A stretch of 64,000 bases of DNA. Source: a virus. Taxonomy: Duplodnaviria > Caudoviricetes. The stretch lies in the IMG/VR virus record IMGVR_UViG_3300030708_002798; one strand, given 5' to 3'. The notes beneath the pieces were generated by a model. That model did not search any database. It had not been told where the DNA came from and was given only the letters and a program-made list of their open reading frames with translations. Positions 21,401-31,050 of this stretch are shown piece by piece. Made by a program: the position numbers and the translations under genes. Positions within the stretch are counted from its first letter, which is position 1. Every line of letters begins with the position of its first letter.

Positions 21401-24400
21401 GTGATATCAGCAGTGGATTCGTGAGTATATGTAGTAGTATCTACAGGATTTGCAAGTCTATAAGTAAACTTCTTGATAGAAGGAACTCTTACTTTGAAAT
21501 TGCCAGAGAAGTTGCTATCAACAAATTCAATTTGATTATCAATTTCAGCATCTAAAGAAATTAGTGAATACGCAACTGGAAGGTTTTCATTTTTGACAGG
21601 TACTAGGTTATAATATAGTTTAGAAGGAATTTTATCATCGCAAATTAATTTTACACTTGCATCAATATCTACACCAAGTTTTCCATCTTTAACTACACTG
21701 AGTTCTTTATCTTTTTGTGATGTAATAAACTCATGTCGCAATTCTTTATCATAATAAAATTTTAGATCAAATGCAGAGAATCTGATATTATTTCTGACAT
21801 ATGAAAGACTAAAGTCAGAAACATCAAAATTCAATGTTTTATTCTTAACTAAAGTCAAACTAGGATTAATTACTAAGAATCTTCCTGAAGACTGAGTTGT
21901 AATAGTTACTCTTTCTCTGTTATTCTTATCGAGAAGTTTAATTGTATCTAAATCAACAACTTCAACATAATATACTTCATTAGAAATCAAACCTCCTGGA
22001 GGTGCAACTGCTTCTAAAATCAACTTCTGGTTATTCTTAAGTCCATGAGATGATAGTTTGAATGTATTCTCAGTAAGATCAATGTCAGCATTGACAAAAT
22101 CAAACTTACCAAAAGCAAATTTTCTATTTTCTTGATTATAAAATACTGGAATTTGCTTTTCAATATTAGGAACACACTTCATATCAATAACATCATCATA
22201 TTGAAGTCCATGTGCTTCTGATGTAGTTACAGTAACATCGACCGTTGTTACATTTACATCAAGAACATCTGTTCTAACTTCTTCAAAACTATGATTGTCT
22301 CCAGAACCAAAGTTATTGAATGTTAATAGTTCAGTGACACTACCTACACCAACTGCTCCAGTTGATCCAACACCAACTTTTCTAGACGAAATGCCTACCA
22401 TTCCGTTTCTGAATGGATAAGCATAATATACTTGATCAGCAACTAATTCAAATGTATCACCAAAAGATTCGACAGAAATTGGACCACCATTATTTGTATA
22501 TTTGATTGGAGTATTAACTGCTAGATTGTTATTTGGCAGATAAATTCTATCTCCAGGAACGAATACTTGCGTATTTCCTACTCCAGGATTGTTAATGGTT
22601 AAAGTCGTTCCAATACCTACACCAACAGACTCTCTAGGATCAAAATAGAGTGTTTGATTAAATCTAGATAATCTGTTGACATCATCAAAATCTGGTTGAC
22701 AAATAAACTTTCTTGGATTTTCTGATAATGCAGTTCCTACTGCATAACTTGTACCAATAGTTCCATTTACTTCTCTTTGTACTCTTAATCTAGAATTCTC
22801 AAAATCTATGTTTAGTAGTTTTACTTCTTCTCTAAAACTACCATTTTTAATTACGAAAATGTCATCAGGTACTAATGGAATAAATGATTGCTTAGAATCT
22901 AAACCAGTAACATTAAAATATGTGACCACACCAGTTTGACTTGGTGTATCAATCGCACTAGTAATATCTAAATCACGATCATACACCGTGATATTAAGAT
23001 TATCTTCTTCTTCAGTATCGAGATTGCTAAGTTTGACAAGACCACTTTCTAAATTGTGTGGTACGGAAGCAATGCCTAGTCTTCCTCTAACTGTAAAGAA
23101 TGATGATAATTCAACATCAACAATTGTAGAAGTTGCCGCAGAAACTGTAGTTACATCAGTACCAGCAACACTTACAACTTCCCCAAGAGGTCTCTTAGTT
23201 CCAGCCCCACTATCTGCAAAAATAATTCTATCTCCGATTTGATAATTTTTACCACCAGAGAAGATTTCAATTTTATCTACTTCACCTTTAGAAACTCTAG
23301 AAATTTTTGATGAAACAGTAAATACGTCAGATGGATTGAATAAGTAACTATATTCACCATAAGGTGTTTCTGTATTATATGGAGTTACGTTTCTGTATAA
23401 TTTGTAATCTCTATAATTTTCTGATGTAAATTCACCCGTTTCTCCTTCTTCAACTTCTTCAAAGAAAGATATTTGATTAATGAATGGATCAAAGTTAAAA
23501 TCAATTGGTTTTGACTTATACGAATCACCAATTACATATGGAAATGCTGGTACTTTAAAGTTTTGGAAAGCAGAGTCATTGTTGCCAATAGTTGTAAAAT
23601 ATGCATACACCCCATTTGGATACTCTGGAGTAATGCAATATCTTCCATTATGAATATCTAAATGCCCATCACTAAACCACTCATAATCATTTACGAAGAA
23701 ACCTAGGGGATAAACACTGAGAGGTGGTCTGTTGGGAAGAGTTCTCTTTTTATAACCACTAACCATTCTCTTAATACCACCAGTTCCATCAATATTGCTG
23801 AATCCGTATGGACCGTAAATTGGATTTCCATCATATGCATATCCCAGAATTGGTGAGTGGAAAGATGAATCTTTCTCTCTTCCTAAAGTATCAAATTGAA
23901 GATCTGGATTAAAGGTTGCTCTTCCATTAACAACTCTCTTATTGTATAGTGATTGCCTTAGTTTTCTTGGAGCATAGCAATGAGTATACTGAAGAAGACC
24001 ATTTTCCTCTGCATAAAACTCTGGAGTTGCAGAATCTTGATAGATAAATCCATCATCATTATAAATTTGATTGCTGTTTAATGCTCTCTCAACAACATTT
24101 ACATTCCAAGAATCAATTTTTGCATTAAATTTAGCATTTTTACCAGCAGAAACAATGATAATTTCTGTAGATTCGTTGTAATCAGCACCTTTATCTCTAA
24201 CGATGATATCAGAAAGTCTACCGTTAGTAATAACAGGTTCTAAAACTGCACCAAATCCACTTTTTCCGTCAGTTAAAATTTCAATATCGGGTGTAGAAAC
24301 ATATTTTTGACCAGAATTTTGAATAATTACATTTTCAATTTTACCATTAACGATAAATGGTTTAGCAGTTGCAAGTTTTCCTGGTTCTGCATTGATATTT

Positions 24401-27400
24401 GGTTGTCTCTCGTAATTGAAAATATCAGTACAACCATATCCAACACCCTTGTTTTCTAGGAAAACTTCCTTAATCTCACCTCTAGCAATTGTAACTACTT
24501 CAGGATCAATCACATAAGGATCCTTAATTGCCTTATCAACTGTAACCTTAATGGTTGGATATCTAAAGAACTGTTTTCCAACACCAGATGTTGTTAAATC
24601 TTTATATCTCTTATTTTCATAATAGAATTCTTCAGAAATAGTTCCAATTCCAACTTCAGAAAGTTTAAACTTATCATCAGTTACCTTCGTCACATAATAC
24701 TTTGTATTGCTGGTTAGACCAGTAATTTCTGTAGTTGAAGAATCATAAACGACAATTTCACCACTCTTGAAACCATGATTGATTATGTTAATTTCATTAG
24801 TGTAAAAATCAACTGGGTTTGCATCAAGTGCTGTATCGTATGAAACTTTACGATGAGTATAATCGTCTGCAGAGTAAGTTACTCTAATATCATTGAGTCT
24901 TTTCTTTTTCTGAATAGCAGTAATTAAATGGTCACCAACACCAACACTCGTAAAATTAATTGGATTCTGACCATTTAGAGCATCACTTTCGGACAAGTGT
25001 AGTTGAAACTCCGTATCAGTTAATTTTCTTACATAATATACGGATTTTGTCTTTAGTCCACCAATTTCAGTATATGCTTGAGTATCGTAAAGTACTTTTT
25101 CACCAGTCGAAAAATAGTGTTTAGCAGTATAAGTGATTGTATTTGCTGATGTATCTACGATATCAGTATCACTTGCATTTATCTTAATAAAATGAGTATA
25201 CGTTTCCATAATAGGAATCGCATTACAACCACTACCATTACCACCTGTAACTGTAATCTTAGGATCTGTGATGTAATTAAATCCACCATTAACAACTCTA
25301 ACATCCTCAATAGAACCAGTTATAACAAAATTACCAGCACAACCAGATCCATCAGAATCATCAACTTCTAAAGTTGGTGGATTTATAAGGTCGTATCCTT
25401 CACCACCAGAAAGAACATCTATTCTATTGATAGAACCGTAGTAAATACTATCTTTTGACTTGTAAGATTGAATTTCTACACCATTACGAAGAATGCCAAT
25501 AGTTCCAGAAACTGTACTTACGGGTTCAATCTGATCAATTGGTGGTGAAATTTTCTTTACTAATCTCTTTGAATTTAATTCAAATGCGTTTTCTAAGGTT
25601 AGTGATCTTTCAATATCAGGAAAATCTGAATAGAAGAATGTATTATCTGTAACTGTTCCTTCAATTGTAATATAATCTTTAGTAAATACTCTATTAAGAC
25701 TTGTAGATAGTTTAATCGTCTTATCATCTACTACAGTGACATAATATCTTCCATTCGGAATACTAAGTCTATTATCTTCATCTTCTTCTCTATAAATGAT
25801 TGAATCACCATTGTAGAAAGAGTGAACTACTTCAGGATTAGTAGGTGTACCATCCTGTCCAACTTTAATTTCTTTATTGTTAGCATCTTGGGGTAGAGAA
25901 ACTGAAAAAGTAATTCTCTTATCGTTAACATTAATCTGTTCGTTATAATAACTTGGAAGACCAGATGATGTAATAAAAATATCTTGATTTAAATTTTCTC
26001 TTCTGTAAATATTTTGTACGTCAGTAATATAGTTTGATGCTTCTGGGAAAAACTTAAAGTTTGCTTTATTTAATTTTCTCTCAATTTTAAATGTACGAAG
26101 ACCACCCTCTTTGATTAGAACATTTGACGTAAAAATGTATTCAGTTGCACTATTTCTAGTTGAAATGATAATGTCATATGTTTCACCTAATGATGAAATA
26201 AGAGTATAATTATCCTTTGAGTTTAAATCAAAGTCGGTTTGAACTTCAAAATGATACTGCCTATTATTTGCACTTAGTAAAACTAAATTTTCAATATTAT
26301 AACAAGCCGTCGTATTAAAAGACCACCTGTTAAATCTGGAATCACCTTCTAACAAACCTAGAGTATCTAGTTTGATGGGGTCATTCTCAGAAAAATATGA
26401 ATCTTCTCCAGGTGTAATTCCTGACAATACAGACGTAATTCTAAAATAAAGTGTTTCGTCTTCTAACTCAATATAACCATATCTCTTAGATGAAATTAAA
26501 GTTCCTTTAGGAATTTCAAATTCTGCATCAACATCTTCAAACTCATTGACAGTTTTACTATCATATGAAGCAGTTTTAACAATTCCATTATCTAGATATG
26601 CATCAAATTCATCACTCGAATAAAAAGAGAGTGTAGAGTCGGTATATAAAAACTCTGGATATTCTCCAGTTGCAGGGTCTTTTTTGTAATCTTCTACAAC
26701 TCTAGTAGTGGGAGTTGGAACAAATGTTCCAAAGACTGTTCCAGATACACTGATATCTTTATCATAATCACTGTCTAGGCTGACAAGATAATAAAATACA
26801 CTACCTCTTTCAATCCTTTCAACATTTGTTATTGTACCGTATGCTGTAACATCTTCACCATCAGTAACTGTACTATCTTTCTCGTTCTGCTTTAAGGTTC
26901 TATGAAGGATTATATCAGTGTAATCTGTTTTTTGATCGGAAATATAGAGAACTAAATCTCTAGTTTTTCTATTTGATGATGCCGAAGCTTCAAATACAAA
27001 TTGAGAAGGACGAATTACTTCTACATCCTTTCCATAAAGTGCTTTGAAAAGAATCTTAAATCCTTCATCAGTGCCTTTTGATTTGTAGAAATCACTAGAT
27101 TGCTTAAAGAATAACCTAGATTTTACATTTTCGTTTAATTTTCTACGTTCAAAACCAGGTGCAATTTGAGTTTTTAATTTTTCTAAAAACTCAGTTAAAA
27201 ATAATACACTGAGATTATTTACACTTTGACCAGAAAAATACCGATTGATTTGAGAATCTGAAAAAACCATCTCGTCACCGAGACTGGTCATTCCACTAAA
27301 CCCTCTAACACAATCTACAAATTCTGTATCAGTCTTTGATTTGTAGATAATAATTTCACCATCAATCTCAAGTAAACCGAAGGCATTAGGAAATCCTGCA

Positions 27401-27654
27401 GTAGACTCTACTGTAATAGTAGTAGTATCGTAATCTACATCTTCCGTTAAACTAGTCTCACTATTCTGCAGTAAAAGAGTATCAAGTTTTACGTATTGGT
27501 CAATATTTGATAAGAGATCTGAAGGACCACCAGGAATTTCATTAGACTCCTGATATGTTCTTAGAAATTCTCTAAACAGTGGGAATTCGTCGTTAATGAA
27601 ATCTGGAACTTGATTTTCCAGTACTTGAGACAGATTGACTCTATTATTGACCAT
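15406..27654 (-). CDS. gp7: Giant baseplate wedge initiator (gp7-like), 4082 aa
   Basis: Located between gp6 and gp8; QVPDFINDEFPLFREFL..Y, FYKSKGT, YHYH-like HSPILGYAYDGNPIYGPYG, DSDYYQYFAYSIKS..HPSG motifs; many GxGY repeats. Confidence 0.75.
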   Translation of the reverse strand: MVNNRVNLSQVLENQVPDFINDEFPLFREFLRTYQESNEIPGGPSDLLSNIDQYVKLDTLLLQNSETSLTEDVDYDTTTITVESTAGFPNAFGLLEIDGEIIIYKSKTDTEFVDCVRGFSGMTSLGDEMVFSDSQINRYFSGQSVNNLSVLFLTEFLEKLKTQIAPGFERRKLNENVKSRLFFKQSSDFYKSKGTDEGFKILFKALYGKDVEVIRPSQFVFEASASSNRKTRDLVLYISDQKTDYTDIILHRTLKQNEKDSTVTDGEDVTAYGTITNVERIERGSVFYYLVSLDSDYDKDISVSGTVFGTFVPTPTTRVVEDYKKDPATGEYPEFLYTDSTLSFYSSDEFDAYLDNGIVKTASYDSKTVNEFEDVDAEFEIPKGTLISSKRYGYIELEDETLYFRITSVLSGITPGEDSYFSENDPIKLDTLGLLEGDSRFNRWSFNTTACYNIENLVLLSANNRQYHFEVQTDFDLNSKDNYTLISSLGETYDIIISTRNSATEYIFTSNVLIKEGGLRTFKIERKLNKANFKFFPEASNYITDVQNIYRRENLNQDIFITSSGLPSYYNEQINVNDKRITFSVSLPQDANNKEIKVGQDGTPTNPEVVHSFYNGDSIIYREEDEDNRLSIPNGRYYVTVVDDKTIKLSTSLNRVFTKDYITIEGTVTDNTFFYSDFPDIERSLTLENAFELNSKRLVKKISPPIDQIEPVSTVSGTIGILRNGVEIQSYKSKDSIYYGSINRIDVLSGGEGYDLINPPTLEVDDSDGSGCAGNFVITGSIEDVRVVNGGFNYITDPKITVTGGNGSGCNAIPIMETYTHFIKINASDTDIVDTSANTITYTAKHYFSTGEKVLYDTQAYTEIGGLKTKSVYYVRKLTDTEFQLHLSESDALNGQNPINFTSVGVGDHLITAIQKKKRLNDIRVTYSADDYTHRKVSYDTALDANPVDFYTNEINIINHGFKSGEIVVYDSSTTEITGLTSNTKYYVTKVTDDKFKLSEVGIGTISEEFYYENKRYKDLTTSGVGKQFFRYPTIKVTVDKAIKDPYVIDPEVVTIARGEIKEVFLENKGVGYGCTDIFNYERQPNINAEPGKLATAKPFIVNGKIENVIIQNSGQKYVSTPDIEILTDGKSGFGAVLEPVITNGRLSDIIVRDKGADYNESTEIIIVSAGKNAKFNAKIDSWNVNVVERALNSNQIYNDDGFIYQDSATPEFYAEENGLLQYTHCYAPRKLRQSLYNKRVVNGRATFNPDLQFDTLGREKDSSFHSPILGYAYDGNPIYGPYGFSNIDGTGGIKRMVSGYKKRTLPNRPPLSVYPLGFFVNDYEWFSDGHLDIHNGRYCITPEYPNGVYAYFTTIGNNDSAFQNFKVPAFPYVIGDSYKSKPIDFNFDPFINQISFFEEVEEGETGEFTSENYRDYKLYRNVTPYNTETPYGEYSYLFNPSDVFTVSSKISRVSKGEVDKIEIFSGGKNYQIGDRIIFADSGAGTKRPLGEVVSVAGTDVTTVSAATSTIVDVELSSFFTVRGRLGIASVPHNLESGLVKLSNLDTEEEDNLNITVYDRDLDITSAIDTPSQTGVVTYFNVTGLDSKQSFIPLVPDDIFVIKNGSFREEVKLLNIDFENSRLRVQREVNGTIGTSYAVGTALSENPRKFICQPDFDDVNRLSRFNQTLYFDPRESVGVGIGTTLTINNPGVGNTQVFVPGDRIYLPNNNLAVNTPIKYTNNGGPISVESFGDTFELVADQVYYAYPFRNGMVGISSRKVGVGSTGAVGVGSVTELLTFNNFGSGDNHSFEEVRTDVLDVNVTTVDVTVTTSEAHGLQYDDVIDMKCVPNIEKQIPVFYNQENRKFAFGKFDFVNADIDLTENTFKLSSHGLKNNQKLILEAVAPPGGLISNEVYYVEVVDLDTIKLLDKNNRERVTITTQSSGRFLVINPSLTLVKNKTLNFDVSDFSLSYVRNNIRFSAFDLKFYYDKELRHEFITSQKDKELSVVKDGKLGVDIDASVKLICDDKIPSKLYYNLVPVKNENLPVAYSLISLDAEIDNQIEFVDSNFSGNFKVRVPSIKKFTYRLANPVDTTTYTHESTADITYSTISTTAKGPINDVSFISKGANLIKIPVIESVQSKEGIDAILFPKSESIGIAKDIEIDNIGFDFPSDVTVRPRAFTPTVFKIDPLTSVDNIEVLTVGKNYTVLPDLVLIDGYTNKIADDAELLYVEEDTFKVKIIKNTKNLYDVEPRLLPVNNSNGFKILKIEYDSGDKEATVTLDVVGFSTLSAWPFGVGKKFMVEGVITKNPDGKDEGYNSVDYDYKKLFVVTEDDPNIGGQNPSFKFKLTDFVVDNNPGVYDDLFTSGRVIPESYFPTFKVNRIANKYFENEIVTNGTQEDLVVSWSVKNEILKIFTGSPELYKIGDVIVGKTSGSSGSLTEVVGITSLNYSVDASNAERYKPFDRRGYLNEETQRLHDSDYYQYFAYSIKSEVGISSWREPVQSLAHPSGLKRFSELQVVSDAEKRSEDTVGLTQEQTGSGFLGIADIDSYYDLNCVHDIDLATENNIKDYLSDEVRFNSLVMVDYFESIGNRALIVDDISDQFNSNPRATKFVTVDTFSLDKFTSKKYILFTSNKKFPGERQMIIVNVVLDGDYGYLNQYGRVETNSVHGYFDVGVFERNGLLLFYPVEFRFTDYNISGTSYAISDTISGIATQYVGDIAAVGIQTVTVPENTNSAYKIVGIDSSYTSSKVIVTIKASDESYFQMDEFNIVHDGINIYESEFATLETSNYDSDVAGGIGTYQFDYNSDTIDMKLVPNSGLSTDYTVSSTVVSISNTTRTAIGDSTYNTTLTTVGFASTSVGSATTSFLVIDFPERYKGFNAYVSIEDKTNDVVQFSELVFTHNEIDGYISEFGRVSNDEDIEDTGIGTFYVYRNSTSKKAELHFEPIAVSGPVPNKDIEIRVFSNSFGLVDLGVSTSSIDYDGGRFVTLYDEYTGTENDVKRSFELRHQGDLIFQRVFDATSIGTVVSTEENVLVLPNHFFVTGELLKYSFPEDSSAVGIATTTVPGVGSTDKLPSDLYAVKVDDSKIQFATTAENALKFNPITLTLDAAGIGTQHKITATNKDTKGIYTIDNMVQSPLVDLDIVTTLSEDVALTDTLINTVGIVSFFSGDIVRVNDEVMLIENLGIGTQDKMRVRRPWLGTELGIHTTGDTMTKLKGNYQIVGSTINFTSPPFGKVPVTQLENQFGVPFVDPSDRDYTGITTNSFFHGRTFMRTSEVDETAETYTKNYRFDDLSTRFTGIRSSFELTVGGGTSVAGISTDNAIILVKDIFQQPKRIGINSIIGNYEFEEVNNGTKILFEPTTLTPGEDVNSSNLPVGGVIVSVGSTSGLGYQPCVAAGATATVSGLGSITAISIGNSGSGYRPGIQTHIGVFAVTSTAITKVGYATALNGHITGVAITNPGTAYTTTSLPEIKIDAPLGYTNVPLIYSDDSVQGIGTKASLDMFISRDTTMGEFKFNNNGYAYGQGEKLTVAIGGSTGIPTDTSKTFEELQITVNKTHTDEFDAWSIGQLQQLDSLDDRFDGVRRVFPLSFQGERLSIRARPGSNINVAATLLIFINDVLQIPDQAYTVKGGSLVIFAEPVPKEYTSRVIFYRGTRDVDVEEVDIVEPIEIGDKVKLMSDVPSQTQSKRTVEDILSSDILLTNPYTGIGRLNDETIERPVMACKQTEDIFINGSYVGKDRNLYEPDIFPHTNLIQPVGVDTTIAWVENVSTFFDNENENIIEKKLGQIQIISQEETAPAFGTPVVSASGTITSITISNAGAGYTGNPQIAIGAPGAGGTTAIATCTISNGSVDSITITNAGSGYTSTQKPMIIIEEPKPRIEPIRLVEYDGDFGTIVSVANTVVGVGSTALKLSLYVPHDSYLRNIGVKNVGFVTTGISGIITDHYFTMSNTNIGSGVTSLASDGSGNSIGYSTVRMDNVYQAYDIERTTESVAGIGNTDILVVTTLVAEPITLSQESNTFDNGLETFDDSFTTFDSEGGDNDYFGNFSWGRISWHPTKSRRSPLVFDSYHENGYVGVTTSPFIRRTFPLRTKLYTQYTD

Positions 27655-27691
27655 TTTCTTTAGTTACGACTGAGTTAAAGAGATTAAAAAA

Positions 27692-29647
27692 TTAGGTTCC
27701 AACTATGTTTCTTATAATACTACTTTCACTATAGTTTGGTGTGACTATGTAATTTGTACCTGTTGGATCTGCGCCAGAGAGAATTGTGTCTGAAATTACA
27801 CTCAATTTTGAAGTAGTCACATCAAATTGTAAAAATAATTCTTGCAAACCAATAACATCATTAGATGCTGGACATGTAGAAATCTGAATAGTTGTATTTT
27901 GTGGAAAATCGGTTGATGTTATATTTATTGCACTTATATTAATTTCACCTTTGACATAATCAACCTTACCGACGTTTCTTCTGACAATCGTAGACTCAGT
28001 TTTATCTGCAGAATTTTCAATTCCAGTACTATATTGTTCTATTTCTGAAGGAACACTAATTAAAACCAATTCACCAGTCAATCCATCAGCATTTGGGATA
28101 TCAGAGAGGTAAACTTTTTTACTAATACCACTAACAGTGAAACCTGTTGACTTAATATTGTATCCACCCATATTAACTTTAAATCCATTACCAAAACAGA
28201 CCTCATATTCCGCAAGTCTATTAACAATTGCTTTCATATCTCTACGAATAGCAATTTCAGTAATATTTGAAGTAATAGACTTATCTGCACTATCAATTAG
28301 TGACGTGAATTGAGTATATCTAAATCTAGAACCATACATATTCATCTGCTCACTTGAAGCAAACTTTTCTAACTTATTTGTTACATTTGTTAGAACAGTT
28401 TCTTCATCTGCAACCTTATTTGCATTAAAATAGACTGTTGATTTGCATTCGATATACAGATAATTTGTATCTATAATTTCTGGGACAATTCCTGCCACAG
28501 AATACTTAGTAAGTTCCCTTTTAATACTATCTTTTAGACTATTGGAAACAAATTGACCAGTTTTTGGTTTAATTGTAATAAAAACACGTCCAAATCTTGG
28601 AGGATCTAACTCTTCACCACCAAATGCACTGATAGAATCGGTATCTGGGTAAATATTGCGAATAATTGCTTCATAATCATTACTAGTAACTGCTCTATTT
28701 TGAGCAGCATACAATCTAGTAGCATAATTCTTGATTGATTCTACAGATTCAATTGAAGAACCATTTTTTGATGGTGATAGAGTTGTTAATCTAGAAATAT
28801 CTCTTGAAATGACTCTACCATCATTATCTTGAATATTTCCAATGAATCTGAAGGCAGAAGCATCGTTTCCATCTAAACCATTCGTAGTAATGTAACTAAC
28901 TTCAATAACATTGTTGTTTTCTAATTTATTTCCAAATATACCATCACCAAAAATCAACTCATATCTCTCATCTTCGATTTCTTGAATGAAAAATACCTTC
29001 GATGTGCCAGAAATTTGTGTTATACTATCTGCCATAGTATAAACAATCTTATCATCTTCAAATGCGTTATCTTTTACAGTAACTCTGATCGTCGAATAAT
29101 CAATTCCTGAGTTACCGAGGATAAATCTCTGGACTACATCATCAGTATCTACAGTAAACTTTTCATTAATGAGTGTACCTTCGTATATTTTTAAATTATT
29201 GAATTTTGCTTCGTCATCTGCAACAACTACCGTAACATCTTCTGGAATACAGAAGGTTAAGTTTCTTGATCCGAAGGAATTTGCATTAATTGCAACACTT
29301 CCTTTCTTTAAAGTTAGAGATCTTGGTTTTGTTGGGAAATTAGCAGTATCAACAGAAAAACCAATCATTGCTTCTGCCGATTTTTTGGATCTTGGTACGT
29401 ATCCAATATTTCTTGCAAGAGAAACGACGTTTTCACGTAGAGTGGCACTATCAATGAATACCTCATTACTCAGCATATTAGCATTATATGCTGAAATGTA
29501 AGTATTATAGGCAAGAATATCAATTACAACAGCAAGAGTAGATCCCTCGAAGTCATAATCAGTAAAATTACTGTTAGATTGAAGGTATTCCCTAATACTA
29601 GTTTTTACCTGCTCAAAATCTAGAGTTGTAAAATTTGTAATAGCCAT
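27692..29647 (-). CDS. gp6: Baseplate wedge subunit gp6
   Basis: LDFEQVKTSIREYLQSNSNFTDYDFEGS, NEVFIDSATLRENVVSLARNIGYVPRS, QNRAVTSNDY. Confidence 0.95.
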   Translation of the reverse strand: MAITNFTTLDFEQVKTSIREYLQSNSNFTDYDFEGSTLAVVIDILAYNTYISAYNANMLSNEVFIDSATLRENVVSLARNIGYVPRSKKSAEAMIGFSVDTANFPTKPRSLTLKKGSVAINANSFGSRNLTFCIPEDVTVVVADDEAKFNNLKIYEGTLINEKFTVDTDDVVQRFILGNSGIDYSTIRVTVKDNAFEDDKIVYTMADSITQISGTSKVFFIQEIEDERYELIFGDGIFGNKLENNNVIEVSYITTNGLDGNDASAFRFIGNIQDNDGRVISRDISRLTTLSPSKNGSSIESVESIKNYATRLYAAQNRAVTSNDYEAIIRNIYPDTDSISAFGGEELDPPRFGRVFITIKPKTGQFVSNSLKDSIKRELTKYSVAGIVPEIIDTNYLYIECKSTVYFNANKVADEETVLTNVTNKLEKFASSEQMNMYGSRFRYTQFTSLIDSADKSITSNITEIAIRRDMKAIVNRLAEYEVCFGNGFKVNMGGYNIKSTGFTVSGISKKVYLSDIPNADGLTGELVLISVPSEIEQYSTGIENSADKTESTIVRRNVGKVDYVKGEINISAINITSTDFPQNTTIQISTCPASNDVIGLQELFLQFDVTTSKLSVISDTILSGADPTGTNYIVTPNYSESSIIRNIVGT

Positions 29648-30049
29648 TTATCTTGTTGATTGTAGTACGAACGATAACTCAGAAAGATTTGGTTCTATCC
29701 CAATGACTTGATATTTAATAGTTATATCGTAACCATTGCCAGCATAGTCTGGTAGACAAATAACCTCTTTCAATTCAACTCTAGGTTCTTGAGTTCTAAT
29801 AGTTCTATCGATTTCATCCTTTATTGCATCTGCTGTTAGTGGAGTTACGTTGTCAAATAGTAATCTAGAGACTCTAGAACCAATACCAAGATTAAAAAAC
29901 CTCTCTCCAGTAAAAGTCATGACCAGATTACGCAATGACCTGGCAATTGCAGTGTCATTTTTGAGTACAATCAGGTCATTTGTGAGAGGATTTCGTTTAA
30001 ATGACAAACTTAAGTCTTTAAAACCCTTACTTATCCTTTCTACAGGCAT
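29648..30049 (-). CDS. gp25: Baseplate wedge subunit gp25
   Basis: Probable start MPVERISKGFKDLSLSF at 30049; GERFF..IGS, EPRV motif; precedes gp6; late-promoter-like CTAAATA at 30079-30085. Confidence 0.9.
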   Translation of the reverse strand: MPVERISKGFKDLSLSFKRNPLTNDLIVLKNDTAIARSLRNLVMTFTGERFFNLGIGSRVSRLLFDNVTPLTADAIKDEIDRTIRTQEPRVELKEVICLPDYAGNGYDITIKYQVIGIEPNLSELSFVLQSTR

Positions 30050-30131
30050 AAGAATACAACAGATAGGTATTATCAACCTATTTAGCAGAGAAAATGGGAG
30101 ATTTAGACGAGAGAAACGGGGTAAATTTTAC

Positions 30132-30845
30132 TTATTGAGAGTCTAAATATCGTCCTTCTTGTGATTTGTACATATCTTCGGGATTTTCTTCCATTTTTTC
30201 ACGTTCTTGAGCAGTTTTCCAAAAATATTCGTCCTCTCTGCCCATTCCGAGACGTTCAAATCCATTCTCAACCTGATAATATTGCGTCGAAACCTTAAAA
30301 TCGGGCATTTTTGGCTCAACAGGAGTCAAACTATTGTCAAAAATACGCATTCTGTTGTTTGGATACAGTGCATACTGCCCATTTTCTAGTTCAATAAGGT
30401 TATGAGACTTGTGTTCGGCAGGATTTTCACTAGTTGCATAGTCTACAATGTCAGGATCTTGGTGATAATTGTCTAAAGTGCAGATATAAGTGCCTTTTTG
30501 GATGCCAAAATCCCTTGTATACAGTTCATAGTCCATAGAACCGATGAATTGCTTCGTAACTGCCACTACACCGTAGTCCATACAGTTCCAAAACTGTAAG
30601 TTTGGTAGATCCATATCTGGATTGGGTGTTACTGGTTCCGAAACAAACGCACTGATCGGCAGTTTGTCATACATTGCCGCATATTCTGGTAAATATGTCT
30701 CAAAATAAAAAGTGCGCCCAGGAATCGACTTTGCCGATACCCAGACGCCTTTAACAAATTCACCATGACCAGATTGATGATCAGTGAGATATTCTTTTCT
30801 AACATACACTTCCACTGATGGAAGATTGCAAATAAGTGCTGCCAT
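30132..30845 (-). CDS. Conserved hypothetical cyanophage protein
   Basis: 237 aa, VYVRKEYLTDHQSGHGEF...LPNLQFWNCMDY...EHKSHN..ELENGQYALYPNNRM. Confidence 0.8.
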   Translation of the reverse strand: MAALICNLPSVEVYVRKEYLTDHQSGHGEFVKGVWVSAKSIPGRTFYFETYLPEYAAMYDKLPISAFVSEPVTPNPDMDLPNLQFWNCMDYGVVAVTKQFIGSMDYELYTRDFGIQKGTYICTLDNYHQDPDIVDYATSENPAEHKSHNLIELENGQYALYPNNRMRIFDNSLTPVEPKMPDFKVSTQYYQVENGFERLGMGREDEYFWKTAQEREKMEENPEDMYKSQEGRYLDSQ

Positions 30846-30874
30846 TAAGAACAGTTAAGAACTGTTCTATTTAA

Positions 30875-31024
30875 TCAACGACCTTGACCACGATAACGCT
30901 TAGGTTTGCCATTACGTGAACTTGCTGCGTACTTGGTGTGCTGTCCTGAACCCTGACGTGTCTTTTTGGGTTTGCCAGGCATAAAGCTGACACCTGATAG
31001 ACCGATCTTAGACTTGACTGCCAT
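30875..31024 (-). CDS. Small basic protein (49 aa), not in ORF track
   Basis: MAVKSKIGLSGVSFMPGKPKKTRQGSGQHTKYAASSRNGKPKRYRGQGR; AGGAG Shine-Dalgarno upstream; fills the intergenic gap. Confidence 0.8.
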   Translation of the reverse strand: MAVKSKIGLSGVSFMPGKPKKTRQGSGQHTKYAASSRNGKPKRYRGQGR

Positions 31025-31050
31025 GTAACTCCTTTGTGTTTACCCGTATA

